Shown: one piece after another, positions 19,586 through 31,000 of the stretch | Layout of the letters: every line of letters begins with the position of its first letter | Numbering within the stretch: the stretch's first letter is position 1 | Assembly (NCBI GenBank): GCA_000002445.1 | Contig: AE017150.2 | Location: 960,001-1,024,000 of the forward strand | Length of the DNA stretch: 64,000 nucleotides | Direction: 5' to 3' | Source: Trypanosoma brucei | Lineage: Eukaryota | The notes under the pieces: model-generated | Database searches by the model: none | Told to the model about the DNA's origin: nothing | What the model saw: only the letters and a program-made list of their open reading frames with translations | Program-made: the position numbers and the translations under genes

Positions 19586-21616
19586 CGGAGCACACGTACG
19601 GTGCTGTTGTTGCGCACAGTCCCGCCCCTTTTTCCAACTTCTGCAGTTACAGTGCCTTTCAGTCAGGTATATTATCTTCACTTGTTTGACCACTCGCTTT
19701 CCGCTCTTACTACGCGCAGGTTCGCCTCTAATGTAGGCTCCCTGAATGTATGCAGTGGTGGTGGCGGCGGTGTAACAACAGTGCTTTCCTCAGGTTAGCA
19801 ACCTAACTAGCATAAAACAGGGATGAGACGACGGGCAACACATGATAACAATGCTCATGTAAGAGGTACACAATATCAACTACGAGCAGGCGGAGGGGGT
19901 TTATAGGAAGGGAGGAACGACAGGCAGACGATGCCCAAGATGAGAAAGTACCACTTAACATAAACATTTCCTTCCACACCCCCCCCCTAATCGCTTATCC
20001 ACACACCTCTTCGACGGATAAGAAGGAACATTTATACAGTTGTGGGAGCGAGGACAGATTAACAAGTACTCACACATCCCTCGGACCGCACTGCCCCTGC
20101 ACTACTATGTTTGTTTCCCTGCCAACATGATTCTTTACCGTTCACACACGCAGTTTGGGCACAGGGATAACACGGTGACTAGCGCAGATGCAACTGCACA
20201 CCAGCAAAACATCGCATTTGCAAGTCAGCCAGGTGTTGACCTGCGAAGGACTCAGTTTTGCATAAGAAGCATTACGGAGCGTCCTCTGATCTGTAATCGA
20301 CTAGCGTGAGCCTTTGAATTGCAGCTGCGGGACTGCCGTGGTGAAGGAGTGGTAGAGGAAGGAAGAGGGAAACATAGTCACTTTGCCCAGCTTCGAAGCG
20401 AAGGGCGCGTAATGGAGTGGAAAACATACACATCCGTCAGGCGTGCAGGATGCACCCCAATGGATCACCAACACTACCACGGGGATGTAAAAACAAATAA
20501 TCAAAAACAACACACTGAGGATAATTGTGTAACTCCCAACGAAAAAATAAACAAATAATACGAGTGCAGAGCGGGTCTCCCATCAGCATGCCGACGGCAG
20601 ACCCACTGTCTACACATATTACAGGGCAAAAAGAAAGAGGATAATGAAGTAAGGAAAAAAAAACAGCAGGGAATGTACAGTACAGCAGAGGGAGGAATAA
20701 TAAAATAACTGGTAAAACAACGGACGCGAAATTCCGTGAAAAATAAAACTCGGTATTGGGAAGGACTGCTGCTACAATTGTCATACTCGGTGGAACTTCT
20801 TCGTCGTTTTCATCACTTACTGTTTCATATTAAACAGTCGCATGGTGCTGCTCAGACGAAAGGATGAGGGGCTTGCGCCCAACCTGCCTGCCGCGTCCGC
20901 TTCGACCCTCACGAAAAGAATCAATGTGACGTGACACATGAGGAGGAGCCTCCGCAGGAGAATAAAAATAACAAAGCGATAAATGAAACACAAAGAGAAA
21001 AAGTAACAAATAACTAAAGCGGACAGAGGGCTGATCTTTGATCGCATCTGCCTACTTTGTTAGAAACAAGAATTATTCTGCCAAATGCAGTAGACCAGTG
21101 GGAAAAGAGTCTTGTGACACTTTTGATTACACCCCTCACAGACGCACGGATACAACCCCCAACCTCACCGCTTCATTCATGGAGTTATTTTAATATTGAC
21201 ACGTGTTTAATCCGCTCCCCCCACGTGCAAAGAAAAAGGAAAGGTGGAAAAACATACGTGACGAACAGAAAGGAAAAAGTAGGTTGGCGATGCGTCTGAA
21301 CGGAGTGTAACGCCGCTCAACAGGCACCACTACTTTCGCCACACCAACAAGTGCAGATTTCAGCACGACTCGCACTTCTGCACAGTATCGAGAATTGGTG
21401 TCTTCTGAAATTTAATAGCCTTTCTTTACACACTTCAGGATAATTAGTACTAATCACAAAATAATAATAATAATAATAGCGCAAGTACAAACATACTTTC
21501 TAACGATGCAATTGACAGACACCACTTTTTCTGCTGGGTCAACGGATGCCACCCCCAGAAAAGCGTGTCCAGTCGTGTACAATGATAATATGCTTCCTAA
21601 CCCACACGCATGAAGA

Positions 21617-24600
21617 TTATCGCTCTTGCTTGTAGAGTGGTGGTGCACGACCTTCTGGGTTGCGCAAGAGTTCCTCTGCGTCAGCAAGCACCTTTTCCAC
21701 GTTCGTACTGCTCTCTCTGAGTCGCCCCCTGTCACTCTCCGGTGCCTTCTCCTGCAAGACGCGTAGTTGTTCAAGGGCCTTTGTCGAGAAGGCCACAAAG
21801 CGTTGTATACCACCAGTGCGGATGGTGCCGATTTTACTCCCGCGAACTTTTTTTGCCAGCCTAACGAAGGCTGTGGCTGTTTCAACATCGCTGTTACTCG
21901 TCGAGAGACCGAGGGCGAAGGCAGTGAGGCATGGACCACCAAGCGCATACTGGAACAGACCCCGTTCCTTCTGACGCTTCTCCAGAGCTTGAGTGTAAAT
22001 ATCCACTCTACTCCCGGCTAGGAAAAAGAAAAATGAAGACAGGAAGACGTCACCATCCGCGGGCTTCCGCTCCTTGTAAACAAAAAGACACAAAAGCGTA
22101 GATTTGTCTGCCTCGCATACCTGAATGGCGGACCTCACTTTCCGCAGCAGCGTATCCGGAGTTGTCGCAAGTTCAAACTTCGCATCAGCAACACAGGGCC
22201 CGAACAGTGGTGAAGAAGCGCACTGCAGTTGGTCGTACGTAGCGCCATCGCGTTGCAGATCCTTCGCTGAGCAGCAATCAGCCTTGATAGAAGCAAGCAC
22301 AACAAACAGTTCTCCGTCCGCATTTTTCTTCGTGAAGACGCTGCGGACCGTGTGTTCCAACAGGTTCTCTCCTGTCGAGAAACCATCGACATCGGCCGTG
22401 AGGAGGGCGACGTTGTACCCCTTTACAAAGTGATCAATGAGAAAATCGACCGAAGATGAACGGATTTTCGCTGCCTGACCTATGCGCCTCACCACCTCAT
22501 CAGCTGGGAACTCCGTTTCCTCCACAGAAGTTTTGATCGTGAACCCGTTGTCCTTGGCAATAACATTGCGCTTCTTTCCATCACGCTTATCGGTGAGGAC
22601 TGCGACCACGCGAACAGTGGAATCGGCCCCTCCGGACTCCTGGGATATCGACGGAACGTACGCGACGGGCTGTGTTTCGTTGGGCTTTTCCAGAAGTTTT
22701 TGTGCGTCGTGCAGAGCCTGTTTCTTGTCGCGCAAGACTTGCTCATGTCGCTCCCTCTCCTTTGCATCATCCACACTCTTTAGTTTCTCTTCAGCAGCCG
22801 TTATGGACTGCTCCACCACGCCAACAAACTTTCTGACGCTTCCACCCGGTTGCTTGTTGTTCTTCAGCGTTATTTCACGGTGCGCGTCAAGAGCCTTAAG
22901 TACATTGTCATCCACATCCCGATAGCTGACGAGTAGGGCACACGAACACGGACCCAGGAGTGCGTGCGCGAACAATGCATGCGGATGCGTCTCCTTTTTC
23001 TCCAGCGCATCCACGAACGGCTGCATGTCGGGAGCGCTCACGACAAATAATGACGAAACGCTTACATCAGCGGCGGTTACCTGCTTCAGCACTGCCGTGA
23101 AGACAATATATCCACTGTCCTTAAAGGCATCTTTCGCCTCCATCAAAGCGGCCTCGAGCACAGGTTCCACTTGTACCGCACTCCCCACCACCTTTGTTGT
23201 AGCTCCCTGTACCGTCACACCAAATATTGGAGACCTTGCGACAACAAGCTGTCGCTTTTCTGACGATCCAAGCAGGTCCAGCACGACTTTGTCACCTCTG
23301 AGGATGCTCATCTGCAGGGTACACTCATTTGTTACGCCATCCTTTTTGCTTAGTGCACCCTTCAGGATCGCCTTCACGAGACTCCATGTCACCTGATCCC
23401 CTGTAACTTCGTCAGGCACCATCTCCGCAGACAAGAGGGCTACGTTGTATCCTTGGGTAAGAATACCCTCCATACGCTTTGCAATAACGGAATCCACAGG
23501 TCTTACGCCGGTGCGTTGGATATATTCATCAACTTCGTCAGTTTTCTTCTCGCCTCCTGCAACAACCTCAGCGGTGCCGTTCGAGGGCCCCGACCCCGCA
23601 GTTACAATGATTTTGGCGGTCTTTTCCCACGGTTCTGTGGTGTGTGCTGGGGCAGGAGCCCCAATCACCTCCTGCTCCTTTGGCTCGGTCAGAGAATCAG
23701 CAGACGCGGGAGCTGGTGCTAACGTGGCGGCGCTGGGTCTGTCATCCTCTATGGAGGCACCATTTCTCACATTCCCGCCATCGTTCTCGACAGAGCCGTT
23801 CTTCACTGACTCTCGGCTTGGTGGATACACTTTTGCCCGCGTCTCCTCAGGGTCCGACAGCAGCTTCCGCGCGTCCGAGAGCATGATCTCCAACCTCCGA
23901 AGCGTCCGCTCGTGGCGCTCTCGCTCCGCCGCTTCCTTCGAACGTTCAATGGCAGCTTTACATTCCGTGAACTGGGTCTCCGCAAACTCAACAAAACGGG
24001 CGACGTTACCACTCCGTGGCGGTGTGTTTTTTACCCCCCGCAGCGCAGCGGTGTTGCTCAGGATCTTCGCGTCCACTGCCACGTCCTTACCTGATGCACC
24101 AACCACGGCAACCACACAGCTGCCTCCGCCCAAAACACTCTTCGCAAGTGGGAGAGGCACAACCTTCCCATTCATGTCAAGAAGATCTTGGAGGTGTTCG
24201 ACCCCATCCTTCACGAACAGGCATACGAAAGAGGAGACGTACACCGTAGGTGCAGCGCTGCTGGTTTTTCTGATCTGCTTCAACGTCGCATGCATAACAC
24301 CCAATGCCGCAGTGCCCGATGACTTTTTCAGTGCCTCTTGTACAAACACATCGACATCAGCATCGTCCCGTAGCACTGTCTCCTGCAGGTCCATCAGGCA
24401 CGCACCCAACATGGGATTGGAGCCATATCGAGCAATTTTCACTGCCTCGCTCTCCACGGCCAGAAGATCTCTGGCGGTCGCGATCGTTGGCACATCCGCT
24501 GCAGTCGCCAAAACCTCGTATTTGGTTCCATTTTCCGTCTCACCCTTCCTGAGTGCCGCCAATATGGATTTCATTACGGATGTAGTGACGCACGCAGAGA

Positions 24601-26185
24601 GAGTCTGCTGCGGTGTACTGTCGGACAAAATGAGAGCGGTGTTGTGGCCCAGTTCCACCTGCTGGACGATCATTTGTAGAAGTGCAGACTTTTCCACAGT
24701 GATCTCATCCCCGTGCACGACCTCGTCACCTTCGTAGTAAACGACCTCCTCGCCACTGCTCGCCACGCCCACCTTCCGCTCCTCCTCTTTTATTGTTACT
24801 TGCGGTCCTGCCTCACTGCTCACCACCATTAGTGTGCGAACGCTGTTGTCAGGCGGAACCTGAGCAACAGGAGAGTGTTTTACTTTCCCGTTTCCAGAAT
24901 CCAGGTCGCAGGGTTTCTTGGCGGTCTCGGCAGCGGGTCCTTTGTTGGTGAAAGTGGTAGGCTTCTTTCCGCCAGTAACGCGTGGCTCCTTCTCTTCCCT
25001 GTCCGGTTCCGCATCAGGCTTTGTTGTAACTCCTGCGGAAGGAGTGCTGGAGTTGCACGGCGCGGATTTAGGTACGGTGGGGCCTCGGCCTGGGTCACCC
25101 TCCTGAAATGCTTTGTTGTAGAGCAGCCCTCCCACACAGTACATCGGGCCGTGTCCCATCTGCGGACCGTACACGGAATCTGTCCTCGATGGTCGGCCGT
25201 ACATGGGCCCCACACAGTATATCGGGCCGTATCCCATCTGCGGACCGTACATGGAACCCGTGGGCCCTCCCACACCGTATATCGGGCCGTATCCCATCTG
25301 CGGACCGTACATGGAACCCATGGGCCCTCCCACGCCGTATATCGGGCCATATTCCATCCGCGGACCATACATGGAACCTGTTCTTGATGTTCTGCCATAC
25401 ATGGAACCCATGCCATAAATTGAGCCCATCCCATACATGGAACCTGTTCCTGATGTTCTGCCATACATGGAACCTATTCTCGATGTTCTGCCATACATGG
25501 AACCTATTCTCGATGTTCTGCCATACATGGAACCCATGCCATACATGGAACCTGTTCTTGATGTTCTGCCATACATGGAACCCATGCCATACATGGAACC
25601 TATTCTCGATGTTCTGCCATACATGGAACCCATGCCATACATGGAACCCGTTCTCGAGGTCTTGCTGTACGTGGGGTTCGTGCCATACATGGATCCGTTG
25701 TGTCGATCGTTTCCTCTGGATGTGGAATTACTGATTCCTGTCACGCCATAGAGGTCCCCCGATACCCCGAGTAATGGGCCGCGCCGCTGACCGGCTCCTC
25801 CACAATCAAATCGGCCGCCCTCCAAGCCAGGAAGTTTGTCGATCGCGGTTCGATTCCCATACGGGTTGGTTGGCCCTGACCCTGCCACTGGGCATTGAAG
25901 CTCTGTATATGAATCTCCGCGATTCGTTGAACCACGCACCACTGGGAAGGGTCTACCGCCGGGGGCTCCACAGTGTGGTCCCAGGCCCTGGGCGGCAAAG
26001 GCTGCCGAATGGTTGTTCACCCAAGTCGCTGGAGACGATATGGGTGGTTGTGCTCCGTAACCCGTAGGCCCAACCACTGAATGCAGGGGGTTACGCACCG
26101 TACCGTACGATGCCGGGTTTGTGTCCAATGTTGTAGTAGAATGCGGCTGGCTGACGTCGTTTGAGTTCAAGTTCTTTCTCATCAT
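21617..26185 (-). CDS. Pseudo-kinesin family protein, paralog 3 (about 1522 aa from the MMRKNL start, left-arm copy). It has an N-terminal Gly/Ser/Met/Tyr tandem-repeat region of about 400 aa, then three tandem degenerate kinesin-motor-like domains each followed by a short coiled-coil.
   Basis: The ORF-track start is TTG. The first ATGs (MM) at complement 26183-26185 are preceded on the coding strand by the polypyrimidine tract cctctgtttccctccccctctcctatttctacgtttctc plus AG sites. Three repeats of the family signature are present: GHNTALILSDS, GYNVALLSAE and GYNVALLTAD in place of the P-loop; VYVSSFVCLF, VSVSSLFVVS and VFLSSFFFFLAGSR as switch-II-like blocks; ALFAHALLGPCSC and GLFQYALGGPCLT as LGG blocks; LRGVKNTPPRSGN, LKNNKQPGGS and KKVRGSKIGTIRTGG as motor C-terminal blocks. 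Confidence 0.85.
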   Translation of the reverse strand: MMRKNLNSNDVSQPHSTTTLDTNPASYGTVRNPLHSVVGPTGYGAQPPISSPATWVNNHSAAFAAQGLGPHCGAPGGRPFPVVRGSTNRGDSYTELQCPVAGSGPTNPYGNRTAIDKLPGLEGGRFDCGGAGQRRGPLLGVSGDLYGVTGISNSTSRGNDRHNGSMYGTNPTYSKTSRTGSMYGMGSMYGRTSRIGSMYGMGSMYGRTSRTGSMYGMGSMYGRTSRIGSMYGRTSRIGSMYGRTSGTGSMYGMGSIYGMGSMYGRTSRTGSMYGPRMEYGPIYGVGGPMGSMYGPQMGYGPIYGVGGPTGSMYGPQMGYGPIYCVGPMYGRPSRTDSVYGPQMGHGPMYCVGGLLYNKAFQEGDPGRGPTVPKSAPCNSSTPSAGVTTKPDAEPDREEKEPRVTGGKKPTTFTNKGPAAETAKKPCDLDSGNGKVKHSPVAQVPPDNSVRTLMVVSSEAGPQVTIKEEERKVGVASSGEEVVYYEGDEVVHGDEITVEKSALLQMIVQQVELGHNTALILSDSTPQQTLSACVTTSVMKSILAALRKGETENGTKYEVLATAADVPTIATARDLLAVESEAVKIARYGSNPMLGACLMDLQETVLRDDADVDVFVQEALKKSSGTAALGVMHATLKQIRKTSSAAPTVYVSSFVCLFVKDGVEHLQDLLDMNGKVVPLPLAKSVLGGGSCVVAVVGASGKDVAVDAKILSNTAALRGVKNTPPRSGNVARFVEFAETQFTECKAAIERSKEAAERERHERTLRRLEIMLSDARKLLSDPEETRAKVYPPSRESVKNGSVENDGGNVRNGASIEDDRPSAATLAPAPASADSLTEPKEQEVIGAPAPAHTTEPWEKTAKIIVTAGSGPSNGTAEVVAGGEKKTDEVDEYIQRTGVRPVDSVIAKRMEGILTQGYNVALLSAEMVPDEVTGDQVTWSLVKAILKGALSKKDGVTNECTLQMSILRGDKVVLDLLGSSEKRQLVVARSPIFGVTVQGATTKVVGSAVQVEPVLEAALMEAKDAFKDSGYIVFTAVLKQVTAADVSVSSLFVVSAPDMQPFVDALEKKETHPHALFAHALLGPCSCALLVSYRDVDDNVLKALDAHREITLKNNKQPGGSVRKFVGVVEQSITAAEEKLKSVDDAKERERHEQVLRDKKQALHDAQKLLEKPNETQPVAYVPSISQESGGADSTVRVVAVLTDKRDGKKRNVIAKDNGFTIKTSVEETEFPADEVVRRIGQAAKIRSSSVDFLIDHFVKGYNVALLTADVDGFSTGENLLEHTVRSVFTKKNADGELFVVLASIKADCCSAKDLQRDGATYDQLQCASSPLFGPCVADAKFELATTPDTLLRKVRSAIQVCEADKSTLLCLFVYKERKPADGDVFLSSFFFFLAGSRVDIYTQALEKRQKERGLFQYALGGPCLTAFALGLSTSNSDVETATAFVRLAKKVRGSKIGTIRTGGIQRFVAFSTKALEQLRVLQEKAPESDRGRLRESSTNVEKVLADAEELLRNPEGRAPPLYKQER
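25100..25700 (-). repeat. Coding minisatellite (18/30/60-63 bp units) encoding GSMYGMGSMYGRTSR(I/T) and GPIYGVGGP(T/M)GSMYGPQMGY repeats in the N-terminus of paralog 3 (left copy)
   Basis: On the plus strand, repeated ccatacatggaacccatg and ccatacatggaacctattctcgatgttctg units. The mirrored array is at about 49000-49600. Confidence 0.85.
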
Positions 26186-28010
26186 TTTACGGTTACAAAA
26201 CTTACTTGCTTGACTTCCCTTGCTTTCGCTCCTCTTTCTGAAACCAAAGACAGCTTTTGAGAAACGTAGAAATAGGAGAGGGGGAGGGAAACAGAGGCGT
26301 TTGAACAACTAACTAGGCCGGGCTGACCACGGAACGTCTTACACCAAGTTGGAAAGTGGGACAAACCCAAGAACGTATGTGACTCGCATGAAACGTGTAA
26401 CCTCCGAGGCATGGCGCCACGCCGTCGACGGTAAAAACAAGTATCGTAGAGGTCTGGGAACCGTGCTGACAACACAGATGAGGAAGATTGCCGAGCATGT
26501 GTGTGTGCGTGACTACAAAGTAAGTCGGAGCACATCCGACAGGATCCCTTCTTGGGTACAAGGGGTATTATTCCCGTCCAAAGATGCTATGTAACTGCTC
26601 CCCAAGCCCACACAGAATTCTCCGCGCCAGCTCAGATTTTACCGAGATGCAATACGGAGACTTGTGCAGCCGTGGATTCGGCAGTTGAATCTTCTCACTC
26701 TGAAATATAATTACCAGTTTCAGCGGCGTGCCCTCACAGGGGTTTTGCTCAGTGCATTGCAAAGACCTTCTCAGTGAAGCTGCCGATCCTATTCGCGACT
26801 TGCTACGTTATCGGTGTGCAAGAGTAAAAGGAATGAAAGAATGAAGACATGATGTTATCCCGACAAAACCTTCCGTGCTGCCCTTGGGAAGGGCGCCCTA
26901 GTCACCGCAACAACAAGTCGTATGAAGCGATCGCTATTTAGTTTCCGCGGTGCATTCATTATTATTAGTAGTAAGCAGAGGATACCTGGAAAAAAATACA
27001 ATGGGCACACATGCTATTCATCGATGTAAGTGACTCCGCGTCAACGGAGCGCGACCCCAAAACAGTAGCAGTGGTACAAAGGGGGAGAACACGTAAGTAA
27101 ATGGTATATAAAAAATAAAAAGAGGCTGTGTCGGTACTTCCTCGGGTCGCTACTATGACCTTCCGCCCAACACGTGTAAAAAACTCTAGGGGAGGGGGGA
27201 AGGGTGGGTTCCCATCGAATAACCGCAAAAACACAGCAAAATTGAAATAAACACACACACACACAAAAAAAAAAACGCGCGTGACGGTCAGCACACACGG
27301 CTCACTTTATTTCCAACCACTCACTACGTTCACGAAGGGAACACTCCTTCCTACCTTTTCCCAAATGCGGACGCATTGCAGATAACAAAGGCGATGAAAG
27401 AAAGAGATAAATTTACGGCAACACGAAAAAAAACTAAAAAATGTACTAAGCACTTAAGACGATGCGCAGGAAGGGAATACACTAAACACACACACACACA
27501 TTATACTTACCACTCTCTGCGGAAGAGAGATCGGCTTACAGAAACCCTCAGAAAGAGGTAAAGCGAAGTCCCGCCCTAGCTCCCCCGCGGCAGCGAGACA
27601 AAGGTATCGCTTTTCACCCTTACCGCCCTTCAACGGCACGTGGGAGAAGCAAATTTATCGAAGTAAACAAGCGGTATCTTGGTAGCAGCAGCGTGCACCA
27701 GCAGGGAGAAGGGAACACTTATGGGGTACATATATATATATATATATACGCGCGTGTGTATGACATTTATATAACGACGCACACACAAATTTTGGCGTAT
27801 CCGAGCCACCGAATGGGCAACGCAACCAGAGGTAGTGTTAAGGTGGGGAAACCCAACATACTAGAAGTGTGTACCCACTTCCACAGCTCAACCGGACCCA
27901 TAGGGGTGCGAGCGTTCGGCAGTAGTGCACAAGTACCTTCATGCTAGCACACAAAGTGACAAGTAGATGAGGCTTGGAGTAATAAACGTCAGAATGGAGG
28001 CACACCAGCC

Positions 28011-31000
28011 TCAGTGCACCGACTTGTAAGCGCGTACGCAGCCCATTTCCCGTGGTGGGTTCTTGAGGAGTGACTCAACTTCTAGCAGGAAACGCCTTGC
28101 ACGGACGATCCTCACGCGGAGTTGGGCCTTTTCTTCCTCACTTTCTTCTTCCTGAAGCTGGACCCCCAGCACCTGAATTGTTTTCGTAAGTTCATCCATG
28201 CGCCGTAGAGCACTCGTGCGATGAGACGGCAGGTTTCGCACCTGGGAAAGCTTAGTTTGCACGGAAAGCAAGGCTTCCGCATCATCATCTTCGTCACACA
28301 ATCCAAGCGCGACGATAGTGAAACATGGCCCCCCCAACGCGAGCTTGAAAAGGTCCGTGAGCTCACTAGAGCGGTTTGACAAAATGTCGCTGTAGTGGGA
28401 AACGTGATCGAATACGGTGGTCACCATGAGCGAGGAAACAAACACGTCGTGTACAGGTTCTTCCACATGGTGTGTTAACTTTAAGGAAACAACCATCAGG
28501 CCGGGATCCTCGGCTTGTAGGGTGGGTACGACGTGCTCGACAGCCCCAACTAAAAAACGGTCAAAAGCCTCAGTGTCGGCGACAACGCGATGCGACACTC
28601 CCCGTACGTGGCGGTCGAAGAGTGGTGATATTTCCACCCCGAAGCGGTGAACCGCCTCGGATTCTTCAGCTGCCAATAGATCCACCGTAACACCGTTCTT
28701 AACGAGCGCCATTGAGAGGAGCAAGTCGCCACCCACCGGCCCGCAACCCACCCCTGCTTTCGTACTCTGCAGGATAAGGTACACTATCTTGCGGAGGATA
28801 AGCGGTGTGGAAGCGGAGTTGTGGCTATCTGCGGCAAGAACAGCAGTGCAATGCCCCGACATAAACTTCCGAACGAGCTCATCAAGAAGACGTGAACACA
28901 GAGTAGCATTACTGTCGCTGTCGGGCCCACGCAACACCACCTCGTCGACGCCATAGCGGCGGGTAATCGCCCCTGCTCGGGTAAATACGGAGTTACCTTG
29001 CACACCAGCGGTACCATCACTAAGGAGTCGTTGCTCGAAGAATAAAAGTGAATGAACCCTCCCCTCGTCCCCGGTTCTGGCTTTGGTCTCTAGGAGCGAC
29101 ACGCACCCCTTAGGCGACCTTGTCTCTTTGTCACTAAGATATGCGCGGGGGTCATTCGACTCGAAATTCTCCAAAAGCAATTCTGCGTCTCGCACCATTT
29201 CCTCGAGCCGGTACAATATATTATCTGACGGCTCACATTTATTCGACCCTTGAAACTTTTCACGAAGACTAGGCACGAGATCATCCCGGATTCCGCTAAT
29301 AAACTTCACGATGCTTCCGCGGTGTATCGGCCGGTTCACCACCTCTCCAATACACTTCTGCACGCGCAGCATATTTTCGGTCTGAGTCGTTGCGACATCA
29401 ATACTAAGCAACGCTACAGTATAACACGGTCCACCCAATGCGTAGTGAAATAGCGCACGCGGTGCGCGCGAGACACGGTTCAGCACGGATGTGTAGAGGT
29501 CAACGTTTTCCCCTGCCAAACTGACTGCGAGAGATGAGACAAGGACATCCCCATCCGCTTTCAGCTTCTGCTTTAGTACAACTGAGACGAACACCAACCC
29601 ATCATCGACCCCTGCGTTCTTGGCGCGACGAAGGGCTGATGCCAGTAGCGAGTCGAACCCGCTGCAGCTGCTAACAGGAAACCGGCGGGCGTTGTGAACA
29701 CACGGGCCGAAGATCGGCGACATAGCTATGACCAACCTCTCCGGCTCGCTGCTATCATCCAGCAGATCAAGCATGCGCTCTCCGCTCAATTTCACAATCG
29801 ATAAGCTGAGCAATCCTCTACGGTTGGAATTCTGGAGGCCCGAAGCATCAACAACCTCTGAAAGCACATTCCGTACGAGACCCCTAAGCACAGTTGATGA
29901 CACGGTTGAGGAACCACTCTCTGCAGTAAGGATAGCAGCGTTGCAACCCAAAACAAAAACATCAAACAGCTCACCCAACACCTTCGAAGGCACGTCACCG
30001 CAACCATCGCCCCATTTCACCACCTCGTCAACCTCGTATCCCTCATGAGAGCCGCCAGTTCTTAGGAAAGGCCCACCGTCATCGTTCCCGGCACCAATCA
30101 CGTGTCCACAACCCTGGTCGACCACAACAAGCGTTCTCACCTTAGAAGGTGCAGACATGGCACTGTGCAGCACATCATCCTCGCTGCCTTCTGCGCTCCG
30201 TGCGCTGCTGTCACTACCGCCGTCAGAAATTTGCTTCTTCTTGATGTCGGTGTGCACGCTGTTTTGGCTCGCATGAGCCACTTGCTTGCAAGTGAGGGTT
30301 GGGGAGCCCCCAGAGCATGCAACCGAGGCATCGGGCAGTTGTGGCTGTTCCCTCTGTCTGCAGAGTGCTGGGCCCTGCGAGATTCCGCAGTGCTCCACGG
30401 GCTCCACAACACCGGGGGGTCCCGTAAGGATTGGGTCGAATGGGAAGCAAGATGTCATGGAACACGGTGGTCCCCGTGCTGCCTTCAAGGATGGGAGAGA
30501 AAGGCCAGGGTCGTATTTCACCTTTGTGCTTATACCTGGGCATGAAAAAGCATCGGGCGTGGTAGAAGTTCTAACTTTTTCTGCATCAGGAACACCGGGT
30601 GTGTCAATCTTACAGGAGACCTCAGCATCATGCGAGGCCCCCCGAGCGGGGGTTAGCGAGAACAGCCGCTGTGAGTATGCACATGTCGTGTGGTCGGAGG
30701 AAGCTGAGGAAGGAAAACAACGGTGGGCTCTACGCTGCGTAGATGGCGCCAATTCCATTCCACATGTGGTTGCCAAAGGGCCCAGGGAGGGCAAACCCTC
30801 CCCCCTTTGGGGGTCCGACATACTGCAAGTCGTTGCGTAACTAGCTTGATCCGGCTCCACTGGAATGCTGAGTCTTCTGCTGGATGGCCTCACCTGGCGC
30901 TCCAGTCGGGGATCTCGGGGAGTGGGCATGCCTGCTGCGGTAACACAGGGCAAGCACGAGGGTGTTTTCCCCTCCCCATAATGATTGCGTTGTGGCAGCG

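Noticed and set aside
19267-19798. Plus-strand ORFs (140 and 135 aa) overlapping the minus-strand hypothetical ORF 18941..19585, and their mirrors in the right arm
   Set aside because: They are antisense to the orientation of every other gene in that arm. Trypanosomatid gene clusters are strictly unidirectional, so the sense-strand ORF was preferred, and even that is low confidence.
25841-25862. tRNA-like T-arm motif gcGGTTCGATTCCcat (mirror at about 48838-48860)
   Set aside because: It lies inside the paralog 3 coding sequence (encoding GIEPRSTNF). The flanking bases do not form a T-stem, acceptor stem or anticodon arm. No cloverleaf is possible.
26186-28010. Small ORFs (60-117 aa) in the spacer between paralogs 3 and 4, and similar ones between other arm genes (for example 20437..20784, 26182..26535, 26965..27294)
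   Set aside because: Low-complexity or Cys/Phe-rich translations in UTR-like sequence containing (CA)n/(TA)n and homopolymers. Mirror pairs change length with microsatellite slippage (for example 109 aa versus 99 and 84 aa), which is inconsistent with conserved coding.
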